DNA of 64,000 bases from positions 128,001 through 192,000 of the forward strand of contig CBDBLO010000002.1 in assembly GCA_965207075.1 (NCBI GenBank). The letters are read 5' to 3'. The position numbers were made by a program, and so were the translations under genes. How positions within the stretch are numbered: the first letter of the stretch is position 1; every line of letters starts with the position of its first letter. Of the stretch, positions 20,565-29,129 are shown piece after piece. The notes beneath the pieces are model-generated. The model made no database searches. It saw only the letters and a program-made list of their open reading frames with translations, and was not told the origin of the DNA. Source of the DNA: Nitrosopumilus sp. (GTDB lineage Archaea; Thermoproteota; Nitrososphaeria; Nitrososphaerales; Nitrosopumilaceae).

Positions 20565-21263
20565 ATGGATAAAAACCATGGCGGGGCGGGCGGAAAGGGG
20601 TCCGGGCAGGAGGGACAGCCGCCGCCGTCCGCGCCCTCGCATGCAGAACTGCTCGCGCGAAGACTGACAGGCCGGGAGGGACCCCCGCTGAGCGTCATAC
20701 TCTGCACCGGCGCGGCCGCAAAGACGCGGTTTCTGCGCGCGGCGGCCGGCGCGGCGGCCGGATCCGTGCTGTACATGGACACGGATCTGCTGTACGCGGG
20801 GTGCGCAAGGGCGGGCCTCGAAAGGATCCGCGACCGCACGACCCTAGTCTGCCCCGACCAGGACACGTGGCACCGCGATCTTGCATCTGCCATATCCGCG
20901 TCGTCCGCCGGCAGGATGACCGTCATAATAGACTCGCTGAACGGGATCTACGAGATGTACGGTGGGGCTGACTCGGCCATGACTGCAAACACGCACATAA
21001 TGGCCCTCGCGTCGCTTGCAGGGCAGGCCGGCTCGGCCGTCATAGTAGGGGTGCGGGTAAGGAGAAGGATGAGTATGAAGGCGAACGGGTTCGGCGGCGG
21101 CGGCGGCAGAGAGGCGGCGTATGCCGCCCAGCCCACGGCGGCGACTGCCGGGGAATGGGTGCTGCACCCCGGGGGAAGGCAGGTTCCGCGCATGGCGGCC
21201 GACAGCACTTACCTGCTGCCGCCCGAAGGCACGGACGCGCCGCCTGGCAAGGTAGAGGTGTAG
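20565..21263 (+). CDS. Hypothetical protein, degenerate RecA/P-loop-like fold
   Basis: AAKTRFL, LYMDTDLLY, VIIDSLNG; start uncertain. Confidence 0.6.
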   Translation: MDKNHGGAGGKGSGQEGQPPPSAPSHAELLARRLTGREGPPLSVILCTGAAAKTRFLRAAAGAAAGSVLYMDTDLLYAGCARAGLERIRDRTTLVCPDQDTWHRDLASAISASSAGRMTVIIDSLNGIYEMYGGADSAMTANTHIMALASLAGQAGSAVIVGVRVRRRMSMKANGFGGGGGREAAYAAQPTAATAGEWVLHPGGRQVPRMAADSTYLLPPEGTDAPPGKVEV

Positions 21264-21375
21264 CCGCAACGGCATGCGATCGTTTTCATAACGGTGTTAT
21301 AAAACGGCAAACGCCGTTATAGGTCATGGTTTTACGGCAAGCCTTATTAACAATGAATGGAGATTCTGAATCACA

Positions 21376-21675
21376 ATGCCAGTAGGAATTATTCCTGACA
21401 TCAGCGAACAGATGTGCATAGGCTGTGCACTATGTGTGGAGATCTGTACAACTCTGGGACCTGATGTGCTAAGAGTAAAACCAGTCGAGGGCTGGAAGAG
21501 AGGCAAGGCGTTTGTCTTTTATCCGGAGAGATGCATCTCTGACGGCGCATGCATTGGCGTGTGCCCGACGAAGGCAATCTTTTGGATGAGGCCGATGGAC
21601 TTTACCGTCGGACAACCCGTGCCGCTCTACAAGAACTCAGTCTTTGTAAAGGGCTGGACTGAACTGATTGACTAA
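21376..21675 (+). CDS. 4Fe-4S ferredoxin
   Basis: CIGCALCVEIC and CISDGACIGVCP. Confidence 0.93.
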   Translation: MPVGIIPDISEQMCIGCALCVEICTTLGPDVLRVKPVEGWKRGKAFVFYPERCISDGACIGVCPTKAIFWMRPMDFTVGQPVPLYKNSVFVKGWTELID

Positions 21676-21689
21676 GTCGGTTCCAAACC

Positions 21690-21708
21690 TTTTTTTATTT
21701 TATTTTTG
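21690..21708 (+). terminator. Oligo-T archaeal terminator after the ferredoxin gene
   Basis: T-rich run (TTTTTTTATTTTATTTTT) about 15 nt after the stop codon. Confidence 0.6.
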
Positions 21709-21737
21709 GGCGGGTCTGCCGCGCCTGGGCGTAGTGG

Positions 21738-22940
21738 TCACGGCGGCGGCTGTTGCCGCTGCCCGAATCCGAACCTTGCGGCCCAGCCCCCTCCCGACGG
21801 CTTCTCTTCCTTCTTGTCCTTCCTCTTTGACGGCTTCTGGCCCACCGATATGCTCTCAAGCATCTCGTATGTTATGGTAAACCCGCCCCCCACCATGGTC
21901 GCGTCCTTTGCATACGATTCCTTGTCCCGGACAAGCTCGTCGGGAAGCGTCCTTATGCGCTTGGTCTTGAGGTTGAAGAGGCGTATGGCCTTGCCCGAAC
22001 CCTCCAGTTTTATCACGGCGTCGCCGCTCAGCCCCTGTATCGAGAACTGCTCAAAGAACCGGATGGTGCCGCCCCGCTTCAGTATGATTGCCGAATCGTA
22101 CGTAAGCTTGCCGCCGTAAAACAGCAGCTCGCGGGCAGATATCACCACGTCGTCCTCCACGTTGAGCACCATCACGGTGTCGGCCTCCAGCGAGACCGTA
22201 TTGACCACGTTCTCGGCGATTATCCTGCCCCGGGGGGCCGAGATCCTGGTGCGGTACTCTTGCATGTGGAACACGCCGACCCTGCCCTCCTGGTCGTCCA
22301 CCCTGTACTTGCGGCCGAACACGTTTCCGACGATGGCGCTGCCGTCCTCCACCGTAATGGAGGCCCCGTTCTCTATCCTGTACTTGTTCTCAAGCGGGTT
22401 TACCAGCTTGAAGTCGCCCCGGGTGAGCCGTATCCGGGTGCGGTACTCCTCGGCCCACGACGGGCTTGTAACGTTGCCGCTCATCGTAATGGGGCCGTCA
22501 TACGTCAGGCTGCCGGCCATAAAGTTGCCCTTTATCGAGAGGGCTCCGTTTGCCTTGCGCTCAAGCTCGATCTCCCCCAGCGTCTTTGAGCCGAACAGCT
22601 TTGACGCGGTCATGTTGGCGCGGTTCAGGGCGGCCGCCCACTCCTCGGCGGCCATCATCTCCTTGTGTATCTGCTGGCCCAGTATCTGGTTGCGCCTCTT
22701 CACGTCGGCGTCCGTGTCCCCCGCAAACACCCTCGAGTTTCTCAGGCGCTCGTCGTCCGTGTCCGGATACTTTTTGCCCGCCTTCAGGTCCTCGTACGCC
22801 TGCTTGATGCGGATGAACTGCTTGCTCTCGCCCCCGCGATCAGAATGCAGCCGGAGCGCAAGCTGCCTGAACGCGTCCCGGACCTCCCTATCCGTGGAGT
22901 CCTCGGGCACCCCCAGAATGTCATAGTTTGATTCGACCAT
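21738..22940 (-). CDS. J-domain protein with beta-rich C-terminal region (HSD instead of HPD)
   Basis: NYDILGV...FRQLALRLHSDRGG...IKQAYE. Confidence 0.85.
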   Translation of the reverse strand: MVESNYDILGVPEDSTDREVRDAFRQLALRLHSDRGGESKQFIRIKQAYEDLKAGKKYPDTDDERLRNSRVFAGDTDADVKRRNQILGQQIHKEMMAAEEWAAALNRANMTASKLFGSKTLGEIELERKANGALSIKGNFMAGSLTYDGPITMSGNVTSPSWAEEYRTRIRLTRGDFKLVNPLENKYRIENGASITVEDGSAIVGNVFGRKYRVDDQEGRVGVFHMQEYRTRISAPRGRIIAENVVNTVSLEADTVMVLNVEDDVVISARELLFYGGKLTYDSAIILKRGGTIRFFEQFSIQGLSGDAVIKLEGSGKAIRLFNLKTKRIRTLPDELVRDKESYAKDATMVGGGFTITYEMLESISVGQKPSKRKDKKEEKPSGGGWAARFGFGQRQQPPP

Positions 22941-23024
22941 CCCAGACCTGCAGTGGGTCAGTCGGGTTTCATATTTGTGGTTTGATGCGCCGCAGTGCGG
23001 TGACGGTGGCGGCGGGAAGAGCGG

Positions 23025-24512
23025 CTAGGCGTCCGCATACATGGAGATCTCCCACGCGGTGGGGGTCTGTGCAAACGACGAGTACTCGCTGTACTTTAGG
23101 TCTGCGTACACCTCCAGAAAGTCCCTTGTAAACACGTCTACGAGGAACTCCCTGTCGCTTGCAAGCGAGTCGAGGGCGCCCTTCAGCGACGCGGGCAGCG
23201 AGCTGATGTTGTACTCGCGCTTCTTCTCGGGGGTGAGCCTGTATACGTTCTCCTCGACGGGGTCGCCCGGATCAAGCTTTCTCCGGATGCCGTCAAGCCC
23301 GGCCAGCAGCAGAGCCGCCTCCAGCAGGTAGATGTTGGCAGTCGGGTCCGGCACGCGGTACTCGATCCTCTTGCTCTTCTCCTGGTGCCGGGTGTACATG
23401 GGCACCCTCACGGCCGCGGAGCGGTTTCCCAGGCCCCAGCAGACGTTTACCGGCGCCTCAAAGCCCGGAACGAGCCGCTTGTACGAGTTCGTGGTGGGGT
23501 TTGTTATGGCGCAGAGCGCCTCTGCGTGATCCAGTATGCCCCCCACGTAGTACCTGCCGGCCTGGCTGATCTGTGCCACCAGGTCGTTCTCGTCGTACAT
23601 CTCGTTTGTCTGGCCGTTCCACAGGCTCTGGTGCGTGTGCATGGCCGACGCGTTGTCGCCGAATATCGGCTTTGGCATGAACGTCGCCACCCTGTTCTTG
23701 CGCTTTGCCTTTACCTTTACGAGGTTCTTCACCGTGACCACGTTGTCGGCCATCGGTATCATGCGCCCGTACCGGAGGTTGACCTCGCACTGGCCGGACG
23801 TCGCAACCTCGTGGTGCTCGGCCTCGACCTCTATGCCAAAGTGGCGGTACAGGTCCACGCAGACGTCCTTGCGGAACCCGTCAAGCGTGTCCTTTGGCTG
23901 CGAGGGATAGTACCCCTCGCGCACCTCGATGGCGGTGCTGACGTTTCCCTTGGACCAGGGCGACTCCTTGGACTCGATCGAGTACCCGGAGCCCGCGCCG
24001 GAGTGGGTCGCCGCGTACGGCGAGGGATACACGCTTATCGCGTCGAATATGAAGAACTCTATCTCTGGCCCCCAGCTCGTGTGCGTGAACCCGAGCTCGG
24101 ACAGCTTGCCCGCCGCCTTTTCGGCTATTCCGCGCGAGTCCCGGTTGTACCTGGCGTCCGGATGCGTGCTCCCGTCGTACAGGTCGCATATTATCCGCGC
24201 GTTCTTGCGGCCGTGGCCGCCGCCGCTGCCTGCGCCCATGTCATAGTCGTCGGGAAGTATGCGGAACGTGGACGGGTCGGGCAGCATCACCATGTCGGAC
24301 TTGTTGACCGTCTTGAACCCCACAATGGAGCTTCCGTCCAGCTTTTCAAGCCCGTTTACAAAGTTGTCCTCGTCTATCGCATAGGTGGGCATCCCCACAT
24401 TGTGCAGCTCGCCGAAGACGTCCACAAACCAAAAGTCGATAAAGGAGATGCCCTCGCTCTCGACGACATCAAGAACCCTGCCTGCCGTCATCTCCTCGCT
24501 TCCCGTGCTCAT
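23025..24512 (-). CDS. glnA: Glutamine synthetase type I (paralog 1)
   Basis: DGSSI, GPEIEFF, HHEVATSGQCE, TFMPKP, NSYKRLVPGFEAP, NRSA, RIEYRVPD. Confidence 0.96.
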   Translation of the reverse strand: MSTGSEEMTAGRVLDVVESEGISFIDFWFVDVFGELHNVGMPTYAIDEDNFVNGLEKLDGSSIVGFKTVNKSDMVMLPDPSTFRILPDDYDMGAGSGGGHGRKNARIICDLYDGSTHPDARYNRDSRGIAEKAAGKLSELGFTHTSWGPEIEFFIFDAISVYPSPYAATHSGAGSGYSIESKESPWSKGNVSTAIEVREGYYPSQPKDTLDGFRKDVCVDLYRHFGIEVEAEHHEVATSGQCEVNLRYGRMIPMADNVVTVKNLVKVKAKRKNRVATFMPKPIFGDNASAMHTHQSLWNGQTNEMYDENDLVAQISQAGRYYVGGILDHAEALCAITNPTTNSYKRLVPGFEAPVNVCWGLGNRSAAVRVPMYTRHQEKSKRIEYRVPDPTANIYLLEAALLLAGLDGIRRKLDPGDPVEENVYRLTPEKKREYNISSLPASLKGALDSLASDREFLVDVFTRDFLEVYADLKYSEYSSFAQTPTAWEISMYADA

Positions 24513-24732
24513 GACATACCGTTGCAGAGGTATTATTTAATGGCAAGCGTGCCGCGGCCAACCCAGGGGTTCGGCCTCCCCGCCGCCACCCTCGGGGGGG
24601 GAGGATTCAAGCCGGTCTGAATGAAACGCACGAGTTCGCGTCGGGCGTAAAAGGCAGCCGCGGCGTGGAACTTGTGCCTGATTGCAGGAGCTTCCGTACT
24701 GCACGGCCCCGCGGCGTGGCGTATCCAGATCG

Positions 24733-25908
24733 TCAGCCCTCGTCGCTAAGTATCGGCCCCATATGCCCAGATACAAGCGCGTGGTCGGCTATTACAAGCG
24801 AGACCAGCGCGTCGACTATGGGCGGGGCCCGCGGAACCGCGCACGGGTCGAACCGCCCCTTTATGGTCAGCGGGGCTTCGCTCATCGTGTCTACGTTAAC
24901 GGCAGGTTGTTCCTTCAACAGGGAGGGAACCGGCTTGAAGGCGACCCTCATCGTGATGGGCATGCCGTTTGATATCCCTCCCAGAATGCCGCCGGCGTTG
25001 TTTGTGCGCGTGATTATGCGCGGGCTGCCACCGCTGCCGTCATGGCCGTCTACGACCGCGTACGTGTCGTTGTTCTCTGAGCCGTAAAGCTTCGAGCCGG
25101 CAAAGCCGGAGCCAAACTCCACGCCCTTGACGGACGGAATCGAGAACATGGCCGAGCTTATGTCGGACTCGAGTGAGCCGAAGATAGGTTCGCCCAGTCC
25201 GACCGGCACCCCGGTCGTCACGGATTGTATGACCCCCCCGATCGAGTCGGCCCTCCTCTTTGTCTCCAATAGGGTTTCCCTCATGGCGGCGGCGGTGGTG
25301 GGATCGGGGCATCTTACGTCGTTGCCGTATATCGTGGCGTCGTCATATGTGACGGCGGACCCGCTACCACCGCGTGGCGCAGCTGCGGGCGTCTCCGCCG
25401 TGGCCGCCGGCATGGCAGTCGTGCCTATCGATTGAACGTACGAGCAGGTCTCGACACCAAGCGAGATCCTGAGAAGCTTTCGTGCAATTGCCCCCGCCAT
25501 CACATACGTGGCGGTGATCCTGCCAGAGAACCTGCCGCTGCCCCGGATATCGTTGAAGCGGCCGTACTTTACCATGGCCGTATAATCGGCGTGTCCGGGC
25601 CTGAGGTATGCCCTGAGAAGCTCATAGTGGGTCGAGGGCGTGTCCTGGTTCGCCATGAGCATTGCAATGGGCGCGCCGGTCGTGCGCCCGCGATACGTGC
25701 CAGAAATAATCTTGACGACGTCACCCTCCTTGCGCTGGGTATAGAGGATGCTCTGCCCGGGCCTGCGTCGGTCAAGCATGGGCTGGATGTCGGCCTCTGA
25801 GAGTTCTAGGCCTGCAGGGCAGCCGTCAAGCATGGCGCCGATCTGTTGCCCGTTGGCCTCGCCAAAGCTTGATAGCACGAGCCTCTGGCCCATGCTATTT
25901 CTGGACAT
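24733..25908 (-). CDS. aroC: Chorismate synthase
   Basis: RRRPGQS, RPGHAD, GRFSGRIT, SIPSVKGVEFG, NNAGGILGGISNG, KPVPS, GRFDPC. Confidence 0.95.
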   Translation of the reverse strand: MSRNSMGQRLVLSSFGEANGQQIGAMLDGCPAGLELSEADIQPMLDRRRPGQSILYTQRKEGDVVKIISGTYRGRTTGAPIAMLMANQDTPSTHYELLRAYLRPGHADYTAMVKYGRFNDIRGSGRFSGRITATYVMAGAIARKLLRISLGVETCSYVQSIGTTAMPAATAETPAAAPRGGSGSAVTYDDATIYGNDVRCPDPTTAAAMRETLLETKRRADSIGGVIQSVTTGVPVGLGEPIFGSLESDISSAMFSIPSVKGVEFGSGFAGSKLYGSENNDTYAVVDGHDGSGGSPRIITRTNNAGGILGGISNGMPITMRVAFKPVPSLLKEQPAVNVDTMSEAPLTIKGRFDPCAVPRAPPIVDALVSLVIADHALVSGHMGPILSDEG

Positions 25909-25952
25909 GCCGTCGCTTTGATGAGTGTACTATAAAAGATTATATCGCGCCG

Positions 25953-27379
25953 AATTCTGTTTCCTAATTGCACCAGTAGGCACCCGCCTGGCCGGGTGTT
26001 TTTTGCATGTTAGTCAGGTATTTTTCGCCTTGGGTGTTAAGTGTGCATGACACGATGTCCCACCGCACACAAATGATGGGACAAAGATGCCAGGCACAAG
26101 GCATACTTGCAGGGCATGGCTTTAAGCATGGCGCGGCGGCGCGGTCCGTCCGCAGAGGAGGGGACTGTCCGTGAGCAGGGCCGGGCGCGGCGCGGCTGCA
26201 AAGACTGACAACGAAAAGTACGTCAGGCGCGGCGCGGATCTGGTCATTGAATATGATCCGGAGTGGGAGGATGACGTAAGGCGCGCAAACGAGGGCAGGG
26301 TGGGCGCCCCGTACCAGTACGCGGACACGCTCATCATGCTGGCCGCCGGCATCAGGGTCGCGCAGGGGGTCCGGTACAGGCAGCTCCAGGGGATGGTCGG
26401 CAAGATGATAGGCAGGTCCAACGCGCCCGTGTTCAGCCAGCTGTGCAAGCGGATCAACGGGCTTGACACGGACATCCGCCGGGGCCCGGACGGGATGGTG
26501 ACGGTGTCGGACAGGAAGGGGCCGCGGGTGCTGGCGCTCGACGCGAGCGGGCTCAAGCAGCACAACAGGGGCGAATGGATGAGGGCCAAGTGGAAGGTGA
26601 GGCGGGGCTTTGTAAAGATGCACGTGCTGGTCGACACGGAGACCATGAAGGTACTCGCGCTGGAGGTCACCGACGACTCCGTGGGAGACCCGACCATGTT
26701 CGAGTCGCTGCTCGGACAGGTCGTGGACGCGGACGGCGCCAATGCGGAGGACGGCACGCGGCACGCGGAGCCGCCCGCCGCGCCCCGCTCCGACGGCGGC
26801 GGTCCGAGGTACGAAAACCTGCTCGCGTCCGGCGTCTCCCCGCTCGCGTCGTTCTTCCCGGGCGCCCCCCGGGACCGGACCGCGCCCGACCTCCTGCTCG
26901 GCGATGCCGCGTACGGCTCAAGAAAAAACATATCCGCGTGCGCGCGGGCCGGGGTGACACCGGGCATTGCGCACACCATCAACGTGACGGCGCGCGGCAA
27001 GGGATCCGGAGACGCGTGGGGCATGTCGGTAAGGGACCAGATGGGCGGAAGCCCCGACGCGACGCGCCTGGACCTGATGGGCAGGGAGCAGAAGAGGGAG
27101 AACCAGACGTACTGGAAGGCCCGCATAGGCTACGGCTTTCGCTGGCTCGTGGAGAGCGTGTTTTCGGCGTTCAAGCGCCTGTTCGGAGAGCACCTGTTGG
27201 CCCTCAAGTGGGAAAACATCGTGCAGGAGGTAAAACTCAAGGTGATCCAGTACAACAAGTGGAGGGACGAGTCGATAGTGCGGGAGGCGGGAGGCGGGAC
27301 GTCCTGATGGCATGACGCCCATGTCGCCGTCCGATAGGGACTCGGCAGGCATCCAGATGGCGAATTAGGAAACAAAGTT
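25953..27379 (+). mobile_element. IS5-family element, 1427 bp
   Basis: 17-bp imperfect TIRs AATTCTGTTTCCTAATT (25953-25969) / AATTAGGAAACAAAGTT (27363-27379); 8-bp TSD TCGCGCCG (25945-25952, 27380-27387). Confidence 0.9.
26171..27307 (+). CDS. IS5-family (IS903-like) DDE transposase
   Basis: LDASGLK...GEW...KMH.LVD, GDAAYG, GYGFRWLVESVFSAFKRLFG. Confidence 0.93.
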   Translation: MSRAGRGAAAKTDNEKYVRRGADLVIEYDPEWEDDVRRANEGRVGAPYQYADTLIMLAAGIRVAQGVRYRQLQGMVGKMIGRSNAPVFSQLCKRINGLDTDIRRGPDGMVTVSDRKGPRVLALDASGLKQHNRGEWMRAKWKVRRGFVKMHVLVDTETMKVLALEVTDDSVGDPTMFESLLGQVVDADGANAEDGTRHAEPPAAPRSDGGGPRYENLLASGVSPLASFFPGAPRDRTAPDLLLGDAAYGSRKNISACARAGVTPGIAHTINVTARGKGSGDAWGMSVRDQMGGSPDATRLDLMGREQKRENQTYWKARIGYGFRWLVESVFSAFKRLFGEHLLALKWENIVQEVKLKVIQYNKWRDESIVREAGGGTS

Positions 27380-27535
27380 TCGCGCCGTAGTTCCGGCCCT
27401 TCCTCCATCCAGTCGGGGTTGATTTGTCCTGATCGCTTTTGCGGCCTTCTTGTCCGGGAACGCCGAGCGGGGTTTGGCAGTCATCTACGTCAAGTCACCG
27501 GTCTAGGTTGTGATCAGTCTTCATACACTAATTGG

Positions 27536-28945
27536 TCAGCTTGCCTGCTTTGGGGGGTCTTGGCCCGAGCGCGTACTGCTATGCCCCGCCTGATGCTTTG
27601 CCGCCTTTATCGCGTCAAGCTCGTCCTCAAAGAAGAACCTAGAGCCCTCCACCGGCCTGAGGTCGTCAAGCCATATGGCGTCCTCGTCATATTTTGCAAA
27701 GAACGGGGTGTGCGCCCAGTCGGGGTTCCTTCCCTGCAGGAACCGGAGCACGAGCATCTTTTGGCCGCCTATCGTGGCGACGCCGGAAACCTGCACCTTG
27801 CCGGGCGTGGCCGACATGCTGGGGCCCCTGACCGTCCTTGCCAGCCCGCTGACTGACGAGTATGCCCTGCTGAATATCTCGTACGCCCTGACAAGCGGCA
27901 CGCCAAAGTAGTGCTGCGCGCCCGTGTCCCTGACCACGAACATGTAGTACGGAATGCATCCCATGCTGACCTGCTTGGTCCACATGCGCCCCCACATCTG
28001 CGCGTCGTCGTTTATGTGCGCAAGCAGAGGCGACTGCGTCCTTATCTGCGCGCCCGTGGCCCTGACCTTCTTGATGGCGGCCGCCACCGCGTCAGTCGAG
28101 AGCTCGTTGAGGTGGTTAAAGTGTGACATGAACGCAAGGTGCAGCCCGCTCTCGGTTATGCGGCGGAACACGTCGAGCATCTCCTCCGCGTCGGGATCCG
28201 TCAGGAACTTGTACGGCCAGTACGCGAGCGCCTTTGTGCCTATCCTGACGGTCTTGAGGTGCGGGAGCCTCGACTCTATTATGGCGTCCGCATACTTTGC
28301 AAATATGCGCGCCTTCATTATCATCGGGTCGCCGCCGGTAAACAAGATGTCGGTAATCTCGGGATGCTCCGACACGTACTGGACCAGCTGCTCGCCCTCC
28401 TTCATTGCAAACTTCATCTCGTCCATCCCGACGAACTGCGGCCACCTGAAGCAAAAGCTGCAGTACGCGTGGCAGGTCTGGCTCTGGCTTGGAAAGAAGA
28501 GGCAGGTCTCCTTGTACTTGTGCTGCATGCCGTACAGCTTTGTCCCGTCCCGGAGCGACGGGACGTTGAGCTCCATCTGTCCGGCCGGGTGCGGGTTGAG
28601 CTGCAGGCGTATCTCGTTTGCGACCCGCGCAATCTCTTCCTTGCCGGCTCCGCTGTTGAGCGTCGACTCCATCTTTGCATAGTGGTCCGGCTTTAGCATG
28701 CCCCTCTGCGGAAACGTCAGGACGAACATGGGGTCGTTTGGTATGTCGTCCCAGTCGATGAGCTGCTCCACCACGTAGTTGTTGGCCTTGAACGGCAGCA
28801 CGTTTCCGACCACCTCCATCTCAGACACCATCTGTTCCGGGACGGACTCGAGCTGCGGGAGGCTCCGAAAGTTGGCCAGCGTGTACGACTTGAGCGAGGG
28901 GGACGCGGATCCGTCGTCCCACACGGTCTGCTGAGCGGATGCCAT
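27536..28945 (-). CDS. KamA-family radical SAM/PLP 2,3-aminomutase (substrate probably not lysine)
   Basis: CHAYCSFCFR (CX3CX2C), HKY, LFTGGDP, HFNH, PYYMF, PGK (PLP Lys); ATG 28945 downstream of CTTTAACAT box. Confidence 0.9.
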   Translation of the reverse strand: MASAQQTVWDDGSASPSLKSYTLANFRSLPQLESVPEQMVSEMEVVGNVLPFKANNYVVEQLIDWDDIPNDPMFVLTFPQRGMLKPDHYAKMESTLNSGAGKEEIARVANEIRLQLNPHPAGQMELNVPSLRDGTKLYGMQHKYKETCLFFPSQSQTCHAYCSFCFRWPQFVGMDEMKFAMKEGEQLVQYVSEHPEITDILFTGGDPMIMKARIFAKYADAIIESRLPHLKTVRIGTKALAYWPYKFLTDPDAEEMLDVFRRITESGLHLAFMSHFNHLNELSTDAVAAAIKKVRATGAQIRTQSPLLAHINDDAQMWGRMWTKQVSMGCIPYYMFVVRDTGAQHYFGVPLVRAYEIFSRAYSSVSGLARTVRGPSMSATPGKVQVSGVATIGGQKMLVLRFLQGRNPDWAHTPFFAKYDEDAIWLDDLRPVEGSRFFFEDELDAIKAAKHQAGHSSTRSGQDPPKQAS

Positions 28946-29129
28946 TGTAGTTGGTACGCGCGTGCCATATGTTAAAGCTTTAGTTCGCGCGGCGCCCCCG
29001 ACGCTGGTCAGCCATACGGACGGGACGGACGCCGCCGCAGACAAACGATATTAACGCGGTTTGCAGGACTCTGTTGTTGACAGCGTGGATAGCAATGCAG
29101 CGGCAGGGCGGCAGGACCGGTGACGCGTA

